Shown: piece after piece, positions 37,168 through 48,100 of the stretch
Position numbering within the stretch: position 1 is the first letter of the stretch
How the letters are laid out: each line of letters begins with the position of its first letter
Assembly: GCA_965178125.1 (NCBI GenBank)
Contig: OZ237749.1
Coordinates: 806,001 to 870,000 of the forward strand
Length of the DNA: 64,000 bases
Direction: 5' to 3'
From: Bilabrum cf. latius
Lineage: Eukaryota
Notes under the pieces: model-generated
What the model saw: only the letters and a program-made list of their open reading frames with translations
Told to the model about the DNA's origin: nothing
The model's database searches: none
Position numbers and translations under genes: made by a program

Positions 37168-39801
37168 ATGGGTGTGCTGCAAGCTGCAATCTACTTGTTT
37201 TCGTTGTTACTAGTAAACACGGCGGGTGCACAGGAGTTTGCAGCCGCTGTGTTTGACGTCACGGTAGGCAGAGACGATCCCGCGACCTTGATGCGAACAC
37301 TGCGTACTACCAAATTCTCTGCTCTAGATTCTAGTACCTGCGACGAAGTGCTTTCTCAGCTATGCCTGTTCTTACAACGCAAAACAGTGTCACCAGACGG
37401 CGAACCAACGTGGCCTTTTTGGAGGATTTTTATTGTCGCACAGCAACCGACGAGTGGCAGCCCCAGGAGAGCTGATGTACGAATGAACGAGCTTTTCAGT
37501 TCAGCGAAGCAGAACAATGTCTTCATAGAAGGCGTTCCTGTCGCCAGCTCACGATTCATGGCGACCTGGCCAGGCATCGAGGACAAGGCAAGGGAGGTAG
37601 CAGGCAAATCAAATCAAAACAGGTATTTGTACTGGCAAGGGCGCCAAGCGAACTACATGCAGACCTCGCCAGTATTTGCTACCACTGTTTATGGCTTGCT
37701 TTCCAGCAGTGTTGCCTGGGACAATACCGCTGCCCCTGGGATCCAAATAGTATCGAAGTCAAGACGCCTGGCCGGATTTGGGCTGCCTAGACCCGTCCTT
37801 TTGGCAAGGAAATACTGGCGGGTATTTCGACGTATCAGACGCATGATCTCATGGACTAGGACAGCGTTGGAGCTTGCAAGATGCTTTTCGTCGCGGTATG
37901 AGCCGTCTCAAGCCCACGACGGCAGGCGCAGTCCAGTTTTGCTTCGCGTCGAGGACTCGGCGTGGAGAGCGGCGAGTGCCTTCCATGCGTATGCGAGACA
38001 TGTCAATGTATCAATTGGAGTTAATAGGGGTGTTGCGGCTCTCGCTGGTATCCCGCCCCGCATTCGACAAGGAGATAGCTCGGAGCAGGTGCTCGAAAAT
38101 CTCAACGGGCACGGACGGCGGCCGCAACTGTCTCTGTACTAGCATATGATGTCTTCTCTAGCAGACCAACTCACCAGAATTGGATCGTTAATTGGTTTCA
38201 AGGCTCAGATTTGGCGCACGGTAGGTAACGGTTTGGGTCCGTACCCCATTGAGCCGAATCTCGCGATGCAAGGCACGACGAACCTGCTCGGGCATTTCGC
38301 CTACGTCGCAGCTGCATAGCTTGCTGAAGAAGATCACGAACGGTACGGCCACTTGTTGCGCTCTCTCCCAGCCTGCAACCTGGGGGTTCAGTTGAATCAG
38401 TATGCTCACACAAGTGTTGCCCGAGCACTTTCTCGCGTCCATTCCGACGAGCCTGCCGCAAGCTCGGCACAACTTGTAGTCGTCAGGCGAGTGCAGCTAG
38501 CTGTAGACGTGATGGCTGCTGGTCGTGAACGCGCCGAGGCGATGGTAAGGCGCGCCTTTTCGGAGGCAGAGGCGCCTCGCTTGGCTCAGGCGGGCGCGCA
38601 GGAGTTGCAGATTCGGTCTTTGCTTCGCCGGCACATGGAAGCGCGGGCACGGCTGTGCACGATCGTGCCGGCCAGTTCGCTGGAGAAAGGCATCGTGGAG
38701 CACTCTGTGCACGCTGCTTTCCTGGCATCCAGGCGGGTCATCATCGCTCTGAAATCCCACCTGCACGACGGAAGACCGGAGCAACCGAGGCTATTCCGCC
38801 AGATCGCTGACCAGTACCCTGCTGGCAGCGTGGACGTCGTTGTACGCCCTTTCAACCACACCGAGTGGCGGGACGCATGGGTGACAGACCGATTTGCGGC
38901 TCCTAACATGCAGTGGATCGCCCAGACCAGGTATGCTGCCACTCAAGAAGCACTGCAAAGGAACTCATCTTTGCCCGTCCGTCAGCCTGTTGCCGCCGCC
39001 GACCTTGGTGCACCACGCGCAAGCGATGACGATGCCGCGGTGCACGCGGCCGCTGCACGTTTCCTCTCGGCGCAAGCCGAAAAGCAGGCGGGCGGACCTA
39101 GCGGCTTGTGGCAGCTGCAGATCGACGCTGACGAAGTGGTGGACCCCTGGAGGCTGGGTCGAGTGCTGGATCGGCTCCACAAAGAGAGCGCGGGAGGCGG
39201 CTCCCTACTCGCTGTCAACAGGGTGGCAGCAGCGGCAGCATCCAGCGCACCTGCGACAGACAGTGGTGCAGCCGGCAGCGATGTCGCGCCTTCTCGACAC
39301 CCTGCTGATCCGGTCGAAGATGCCTGGGTTATCGGCCTGGGCTGTTCCCTGACCTCCCAGTGCCCAGGCCCAGTCCTCCGATCCTCGAGCGGTGCCGCCT
39401 CCATGGCCTCCTGGGTGCGACGCTCTGAGACTCTCCCGCTCGCCGAGCAGATCACCGTGGAGTACGGGCTGCTTCTGCGCGAGGACGTGATCCGGAGCCT
39501 GTCACCCTCGGCCATCCTGCACCACCTAGACCGGAACTGGGCATCGTCGATGGACACCCCGCAGTTCTGGCCAAGGTAGCTGGAGATGCCGCGGAGGTTC
39601 GTGGTGGACCAGGAGCCCGAATGGTCCAGCTGCAGGGCGTAGGGCCAAGGCGCGTGTACAGGGCCCGTGGGTGGCCCCGTGGTGCTGCATCTGCGGGACG
39701 TGCGGCTCTCGGAGGACCTGCTCGCCATGAAGTACACGCTGAGGGGCGAGTCGGGATACACTGCTCCCGGGTATGAGAAGTGGCAGATCGAAGATGCGTA
39801 A
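37168..39801 (+). CDS. Secreted ~877-aa protein with a possible GT-A glycosyltransferase motif
   Basis: Signal peptide MGVLQAAIYLFSLLLVNTAGA; WQLQIDADE resembles the GT2-type W...LDADE DxD motif; 4 in-frame TAG (38140, ~38317, 39577, ~39640); ends TAA at 39799-39801. Confidence 0.55.
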
Positions 39802-39981
39802 TGTTGTTGCTGGATATTTCCATTTCTGTTGTTTCCCGCTTCCCGCACGATAAACGCGCCCAGCTTCTATGCGTTCTGAATGCACTCGTCAGCGACCAAA
39901 CGATGCGACCCAAAGCTCAACGGAACCAACCACAGCCACCGGATCTAAAAAAACTGCAGTGCCAGCAACGCATCAGAAACG

Positions 39982-41493
39982 ATGGCGACAGTGAACACTT
40001 CCACGTACTCCCCTAGATCAGCAAGACAAAGAATTGCTGCCTCACGGCGTGATCGGTTAGCCGCAAATCAGCTGCAGACATTTGGAATTGCAGATGATGA
40101 CAGCGATTCCGAAGTCGAGGATGTGCCCTCAACGCTTGCGAGAAAGCTTGCAACTTTTCGCACCGACACGCTGCCGTCAGCAAAAGCAACTAAGTACTTC
40201 TACGGCGGGAACGATGCGCCGCAGAGAGGCTCATATGCGCAGTTCAAGGCGAGCATGCGAGCCGGCAGGACTTTGAGTGAGGCGAAGGACCAGGTAGCTC
40301 CTGATAGAGGCGCAATCACAAGGGTCGATCCCCAGCGGGTCAGCGCATCATTTAAGCCTGGTGATTTTGTTGCCGACCGTACGAGCGAGCACGAGATGCA
40401 GCGCCGTCGCCGCCAAGAGGAGGACTCGGAGATCGGTCGACGCGTGGCAGAAAAGTTTGGATCGACTGCTTAGCACCGTGCGGCTGCTGCCAGGCGAGCG
40501 TAGCCTGGATTGACACGCGAGCAACGTCGAACCCTGCGGGCCGATGACCCTGAATCGGTGTACAATAAGAGCAGGAGCCACATCCTGGATCGCGACCAAA
40601 GGCGTCGTGAGAGGTTTATCACCAAGGCTTTGAAATCTAGAGCCACTGGTCCTAGAGAGAACTTCGTTCAAAGCGCAAGGGCAAAGCTTCGCTCAACCGA
40701 GCGCAAAGTACAGAAGGCGATCGCGAAGGCGGAGCAGCGGCGCGGCGCAACCAGCGCTCGGGCCAGCACCCGCGGCGGGGTCGGCATGGGCGGGGGCCGG
40801 CGCGACAGGGCAGAGCGGGACAGAGCTCGCGCCGCGCGCCGAGTGACCGGCCGCGGGGCCGGCGCTGTACGGCCGGAAGTGGTCGAGGAGGCCGCTCGTC
40901 ACACCGCCCGATGGGGCATGATGGAGGACCACGAGGTGGGCGTGCTGCGCGAGAGGCTCGCAGCCTCCGGCGTCATGGGCAGAGAGGACGCTGATCGCGC
41001 TCGTCACATGCCCGAGAGCGCTCACACGGGCGTGTTCTCCCTGCGGGAGGCGGCAGGGCGCTACGACACCCGGCGGCGCGCAGCAGGCGGTCGCTCGGCC
41101 AACGGTGGTCTCCGCGGTGGCGGGGGCGAGAGCAAGGTGCTGACGCTGATGGACGTGGAGGCTCAGCGCGCCCGTCGGCGAGCGGCCAAGCGGGAGCTGG
41201 CAGAGCGACAGCTGACCAGCGGTATGCCGGTGACACTCAAGACCAGAGGTGGGGTGGGGCAGGCATCGCACGTCCACAGCCGGGTGTTCCGACCCAAGGG
41301 CGGGGGCCTGCAGGTGGGTGACCTGGCTCTGGATGCGGCCAGGGTTGCGGCGGCGAGCGAGGTGGAGGAGAAGAGGCGCCGCTTGCACCGACACCAGGAG
41401 ATGAAGACGAAGCTGTTTGACGCGGAGAAGGGCAAGGCAGGAGGCGGTACCAGGCCAGGGCCCATGTTCAGGGGGCTGAAGCTCCGGCACTGA
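39982..41493 (+). CDS. Hypothetical basic Arg-rich protein (~503 aa)
   Basis: ORFs 39982-40473 and 40510-41493 are in frame, joined across TAG at 40471 and 40501; ends TGA. Confidence 0.7.
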
Positions 41494-41734
41494 GCCGGCC
41501 GGTCCGTTATTCATTATTCTTGGGCGCCGGGCCACGGCAGGTCAGGGCAAGATAAGCACAATCCTCTTATATGCAGCTGGTGAGGCGTCAATGATACAAG
41601 CGTGATTCCTTTGCATTTTCTCGTGGGGCCAAGAGTTGCTGCAACCTGAGTCCAAGTTAAGAAAGAATCACACGTACAGCCTGAGGTCTCGAGGGCTGCC
41701 CTGCTATCATGCCCAGCACACGAGGCCCTTGTGT

Positions 41735-43453
41735 TCAGCGGGCCGGCTGCTGCACTGCCTTTTCAGTCGCAGCCCGAATGTTCCTGGCCCATTTGCGTGC
41801 TGCTGCCTTGATCCTATCTGCTGCTGCAACGGCACTAGGGCCCGTGCCCCGTGTGAGTGCAGCCTTGCCAGCAGGCGCCCCCAGCCAGTCGATGAGCGAG
41901 TCGGCGGCGGCTGCCCCACCGATCGTCTCGGCGTCCACAACCGCATTCTGCTTGGTAGTTTCATTCCTGTTATCGCTCCGGGTACTCGCGCTGCTTTGCA
42001 CTGAGTCGAGGAGGGCAGCCATGGCTCTGCCGCTGCGGTATGCCCTGGCAATTGCGTTTCGAGCAAGTGCCTCCTCTCGCTCAGGCTGCTTGCCAGGATC
42101 TCCTTGCGTTTTGCTTCGCTTGACCGGCGCTTTCTTTTTTGATTTACCTACTTTCGATGCCTTGTCGGGTTCGCCTGTTCCCCAAAGGTCGGTCGAAGCG
42201 AGAATGACGGCAGCCCCCTGCGCCACAGCAGAGACGCTTGGCTGCAAGCCGAGGACGAGCCGCGTGGTCTCGACGCAAGAAGGCATACATGGAATGAGAC
42301 CATTGTTCAAACCGGCACGCGAGGTGCAACTCTGCAGGCGCTCCATCCCGTGCGCTGGCTGCACCCCGAAGTGACGGGTGGCCAGTCCAGCCAGCACGTC
42401 CCGCAGCAGGAACTCAATAGGATCCACTCTTCTTCCTTTTGAAGGCACAGCAGTCTTGCTAGAGCCGATATAAAAGCGCTTCGGAAGCAGATCCTCCGCT
42501 CGGTTCTCGGCCGCCGCCCTCCAAATGGCATGCGCTGGGCCGGAGGAGGAGGGAGGCTCCAGTGCCGCCGTGGTGCCATGACCCTGGTCCTGGCCTAAGC
42601 TGTCATCAGCTGGCGTTACCCGTGCATGCATGTTGCATGTCATCATTGCCGCTGCCTCTGTTGCCACGGCGCCGCCGTACGCCGCCACCAGGATGGCATC
42701 TGCAACGTCAGATGCGGTCGGCGAGGCCAGCAGGGCTTCCTCGGCTAGTTGCACGGCATCGGCTGTTCCCCGCGGCACATCCATCGTAAGATCATTAAAA
42801 TCGTGCGGAGAAGCTTTGCTTTTTGCTGCACTGCCACGGGCAGACCAGGAATCGTGCGGAAGCAGGTACTCGACAGCGCTCGGGAAGCTCTTGATGCAAG
42901 CGGCTGCCGCTGCAAGCTTGATTCGCTGTTTCTTTGCTGCTGCTTTCAGGGTCGCCGATTTTTTGTCGGGGTTAAGCGAATCTAATTGCTTGGCAATAAC
43001 ATCGACTCCAAAAAGGCCTCGCACGCGGTTTGGCATCGCGTGGAGAGGGGATCGCAACCCTGCTCGGCTGTGGTAGTTGGACCACACCGAGTGGGAAACC
43101 ACCGCATTGAGCTGAGCCAGGGAAAACATCCCTCGTGAATGTGACATCCCTGGAAGAAACTACCTCATAAAGTCCTCAATAGCCCACAAAGCAATGTTGT
43201 CGTGCTGCTGGTGCAACCGGTTGACTGTGCGAATCTGCTCGTCCGCAGACACATGGAAATCTTCAGCGCTGCTGGATCCTGGGCAAGAAATCACACCCGC
43301 CTCTGCAACTTTCCAGGCTTCAACATCAATCACTGCGGCACCTGGTGAACGGGTGCTTATATCTAGACCAGCAGAGTGAAACCTGCGCCTCAATCGAGAG
43401 GCTGTGCGAACCTATGCACCCAAACCAAAGACCAGACCATAAACTCGATTCAT
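41735..43453 (-). CDS. Probable mitochondrial protein (~572 aa), possibly a degenerate RNase III plus dsRBD (mL44-like)
   Basis: Presequence-like MNRVYGLVFGLGA*VRTASRLRRRFHS; TAG at ~43412 and 43160; DVADAILVAAYGGAV and LWGTGE...EEALARNAIARAY weakly recall RNase III/dsRBD motifs; ends TGA. Gene is well supported, product is tentative. Confidence 0.45.
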
Positions 43454-43575
43454 AAGCGTATCATCGCACAGAGTATCTACTAGAGTATAACAAAAGTGCA
43501 CTGTCAAGCATTGAAGTTTAATCGTCACGTTGCACGACTAGCCATCGGCTGCTGGGGCCTACAATTGAGGGCAAG
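43454..43575. promoter_or_regulatory. Putative bidirectional promoter containing palindrome AGTGCACT at 43495-43502
   Basis: 122-bp AT-rich gap between divergent genes 41735-43453(-) and 43576-45033(+). Confidence 0.45.
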
Positions 43576-45033
43576 ATGGAAGGCGAAAGGGATTTTCCAA
43601 CATTAGTTGATTTGGTATATGATGAGTTAGCAGAATCTGGGGGGGAATCCTTCGTCCACTCCACCAAACGCCTACCGTCACGAATGCTGCTGGAAGCGAT
43701 TCAGTTGATCATAGATGCAGGCGTTTTGAGGCCTCAAGACGCACGCAGCATAGGAACGGTTATCCATAGACATGGTATCGAATCATTAAAATTAACTGGG
43801 GTTGATTTGCCGCCAAAGGCTCTCCTGGAGCTAGCGCAGGCAGGGCACCTAGCAGAGCTGATTCTGGACAGGCCAGAGATGCAGTCACCAAGCTCAACAG
43901 GTAAGGGTGATACAAGAGCTGCTCCCATTGTACAAAGTCTATCCATAGATAGAGCTGGGGGGCTCGAAGCAAGCTGTGTCGACGCGATGTGCCACGGATG
44001 CAACAAACTGCGTGCCCTGTGCATTACTGCGTCCCATCTGCCGTCGGACGCTGCTGTGGCCGCGCTGCGTCGTGTCGCCGGCGCAGACACTGTGCCAATT
44101 GAGCATCTTGACTTGTCCGGAAACCCTGCGATCGGCAATATATTCTAGGCACACGTGCGGGACAACCCCACGTAGGCGCAGCTACCGCGGCTGTAGCACC
44201 TTTCGCTGTCCAACTGCAGCGGGGCGCTAGCGAGCGCTGATGAGGTCGCTGCGATGGCCGCCACGGCACCGCATCTAGCTGACATCGATGCATCCCGCAC
44301 TGGCTTGTCCGATGCAGGTCTAGCAATCCTCGTCGGCTCGCTGCCGCGCTTGGAGCGGCTTGCGATTGGAGGGTCGGCAGTATCAAATGCTGGCCTCAGG
44401 GGCGTCCTTTCGTCGGGGCAGTCAGAGCAGGCGGCGTGCTCTTGCCAGCCACACGACAGCAGCAGCGAGCCACTTTTGCCCTCGCTGTCTGGTGGTCAGG
44501 CAAGTGGTCAAGAAGGGATCAACGGTGCCTCCTGTTCCTCGTCAGCGTCTGAGCCGAAGGTTGCAGCAAGTGCCGGGAATGCGCTTGTAGCGTCACCGGC
44601 TGCCTGGCACGATGCAACCGGTGCTGAAGCAGCAGGAGGGGCGAAATACGCAGGCGGTGCCTGCAGCAGCAGCGCGCTCAGGTTAGCTGAACGCCTCGAG
44701 GCGCTGGACGCTAGCGATTTGGGTCTGACCGACGACACGGTGCTCTGCCTCGCACGGTATTCGAAGCTGGAGTGGCTCAGGCTGGATGGGAATAGAGCGG
44801 TGGGTCAAGCAGCGCTGGAGTCAATCGCAGAGTCCCTTGCCCATTCGCTGAGGTTCCTGGGAGCCGCTGCCACTGCGATGAAGGACAAGAACGCGGTGGT
44901 GGTGGCAGCTTCGGCGGCCGTGGCGGAGGGCGGAAGGGATGCCCTTGGGGGAGGCGAGGAGGTCGCAATGGAGGCAGATGAAGGCCTTGTGGTCGCGGAT
45001 GCGGATGAGGGTCTCTTCTGGAAGGCAATGTAA
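43576..45033 (+). CDS. Leucine-rich repeat protein (RNI/AMN1-like)
   Basis: IEHLDLSGN, LPRL*HLSLSNC, LADIDASRT, LERLAIGGS, LEALDASDL, LEWLRLDGN; 3 in-frame TAG (44146, 44173, 44194); ends TAA. Confidence 0.75.
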
Positions 45034-45161
45034 TGCATGGGCGAAGCTTGTATGAATTGTTCGAATGCTGGGCACGCTCCCAAGGAGATGCCCAGGCCAT
45101 ACCGATGACAGCTGCTTGACACAACGGGCCAGATCACGCACCGTCTCATGCTCCACATCGC

Positions 45162-48100
45162 TCAGCTGAAAATATCGCTGCCGGCCGTCACGCTGCTTGC
45201 CAGACGGTCTCGTTTCTTGGATCGTCCAGAGATAGAGCGCGCCTTCCGTGACTTCGATCTGCCGGGCTTTGGTGTGCTGCCGCCGCTCTGGCGCTTCGTC
45301 GCGCCTACCAGTGGGTTGTGCAGGTACTGTACCTTCTCCATCTGTTCCCCCGTCCACACCAATGCGCTGGAATTACCAATCTCCACCCTCTTGCCCCTCA
45401 CCGTGCCCTTGCCTCTGTCTGCAGCGGCGGCGTCACCCCACACCGCCCTGCGCCGCTGCTCCTCCTTCTTGTTCTTGCGGCGGCGGCGCCTTGCTTCTTC
45501 GTCCTCTAACCCCAGGGCTGAAGCGATGGCATCCTTCACACCCGCGTACACATCCAGACCTTCGCCCGGCAGTAGCCGCAGCAGCCCGAAGAGGTCCAGG
45601 AAGATCTCGTCCCTGTCTGCTTCGTTCCACATGTTCACGTCACGGAGGAGCAGCTCGCCCTTGCGCCGGAACATCTGCTGGAAGAGCCGCTGCTCCATGG
45701 CTGCTCGCTGGTACCGGTTGAAACCCAGCCTCTGGTCGTCATCTTGCCTCTTCCTGTTCCTCGTGACCTCCATGAGCGTGGTCAGCACAACCCCGCACAG
45801 GGTGGCGATGCACACGATCACAACGCAGATGGACAGGTACAGCTTGATCTCCTCGTTCAGCTGCTCGTTGAAACTGAAGAGCACCGCACTGAAGAGGCAA
45901 AAGAGCAATGCCAGGGAGCTTCCGATGGCAAGACGATTGTTCTACGCGAACTCGTAGGGCTGCACCACAGAGAGAGTGAATGCGTAGACCACGAACACAG
46001 ACATGGTGAGCACGATCTGCAGTATGCTCTGCTCGGTCGTGTTGTCTCGGCCCGTGAACATGATCACTGCGACCACCAGCCCCTTCCTAGCCAGTTGCAC
46101 CAGCTCAAAGGCCCATGCCTCCTTGGCGTACGGCAAGGTGAGCGACCCAAACAGGAAGTCAAACTTTGACGATCCGATCATCTCGTTGCTGTACCCGTAC
46201 AGCAAGATCCCGGCCGCGATCACCGGCACGCCAATTACGTAGACAGTGACGGCCATGAGCACCCAGGGCAGCCAGTTCTGCCACTCGTCCGTGTAGCACT
46301 ACACCTCGGTGGCCGTCCGGACCAGGAAGCTGCCGTCAGGCTGCTCCACGCACGACAGCGGCTCCAGCGCTGTGGTGGCCAAAAACGTATAGCTAATAGA
46401 CAGCAGCGTCACAGTGGCGTATACGAACCGATTTGTGATGTTCACCTGTACCTCCATCCGACGCACGAGGGCCCTTTCGCTCTCAGTGCGAGGCAGCAAG
46501 GCAACGGCCTGGTTCATGCGCTGCAACTCCTGCTCATCCTCAGAGCTCTCCGGCCCAAGCGGGCTGTCAAGCGTGGTGACTGCGAGTTTGCCGACTGATA
46601 AATCGCGCCCCAGGCCTGGCGGTTTAGTCGGGCCACTGGCCGCACCTGTCGGCTTCTAGCCCGGCAGCTCCTTCACCGCTGTGGTGTTCTGGCCTAGCAG
46701 CGCCCTCCTGGACACACCTCTCGCACGGGCGATAGTCTGGTCTCCGAGCAGCCCGAACCCTGTGGATACCGAGCGGTCGCGCACTGGGATCTTGCCAGAG
46801 TCGAACGCAACCTTCGCCTCTCTGTCCGCGGCTGCAAGGCGAGCCGCTGCATCCCCGCTGGGGCCGCCCCGCCTCTCCCGAGGCGGAGGCCCGTGCCCGC
46901 GTCCCCGAGCTCCTTGATTGCGCATCGGATTCAAGCCGGAGAATGACCCATTCTCCTTGCCAGCTCCTGGTGTGCCTGACTCGTCGACGAGATCCTCGGG
47001 CCTGATCAGCGCACCGCCCCGCTGTCCCATGATCGAGGTGCGCTTCCTGGCGGCCTTGGCGCCCCACCGTGCGCCGCTGGCTCCCAGGCCCGACTTGCGG
47101 TGGATCTGTCGCATCATGCCCGCGTTCGCAACTGAGGGTCGCACTCCCCGCCTGAGCTGGCCCATCACCCTCTTTGTCACGTCTCCGCCTGGCTTGCGGG
47201 AGAGCACGCTCCGTCGCTTGTAATGGTTGGCGAGCGCTGCGAGCTGCTCAGCAGCGTTCGCGCCGCTTGCATCCGCTGATCTCTTCCGCGCACCTTGTGT
47301 CGATGATTTCTCCTGCGGTGGGCTTGTGCCCTGCTTGTCGCCTGAGCCTGCGGCTGCCCTGTGGAAATCAAAGCGACCCGAGGTGGTTGTGGACGGTGGC
47401 GTCTGCAAAGCACGGCCGGGCACGGTCTACCCTATTCCCGTCTTAGTCGAATCGATACCATGTTGGGCTAATGCCGCCCCAGACCCTCCGTTTGCTAGCT
47501 GCAGCTGAGTGAGCTTTGGGGTCCTGCGGCGCCGCCCCGACAAAGAGTGCGCATCGCTCCCACCGACCGACTCGCCGTCCGAAGACAAACTGCCGTCAAT
47601 TGACGCGCCGACGCCAAGCAGGGCCCGTTTCGGGTGCGGCTGGCTGTGCCTGAGTGCGTGCCTTACGGATGCTGTCACGCTCACAGAATCCTTGCCCATC
47701 CGGTCAGACCCACTGCGAGGCGAATGGCCTACTGTTGTGTGGTGCATGCCCTGCGGTAGCAGGTCGCCAAACGTATCCAAGTCCTCTCTACCATCAGCTT
47801 CAGACGCGGTGCTGGCCGCACCAAGACCCCGCAGGGGGTTGGGTGCGGTGCTCTCACCCTGCAGCCCGAGCTCAGGCGAACCGCTGCGCTGAGTAGCGGC
47901 CTTGCGAACCACAGCCTGCAATGCAGCAGGCACTACCACAGACGGACGAGGCATGCGGCGATTCTTCTGGCTCTTTTGCTAGATTGCAGGCAGCGGCCCT
48001 CGCTGCCGAATGGCGAGGGTGCCGGCGTCTGCGCGCTCGATCGCCTGCAGGCGCCTCCTTACCCATGTGCCAGCCTAGCGCTTCCGAATGCGAGCCAGTT

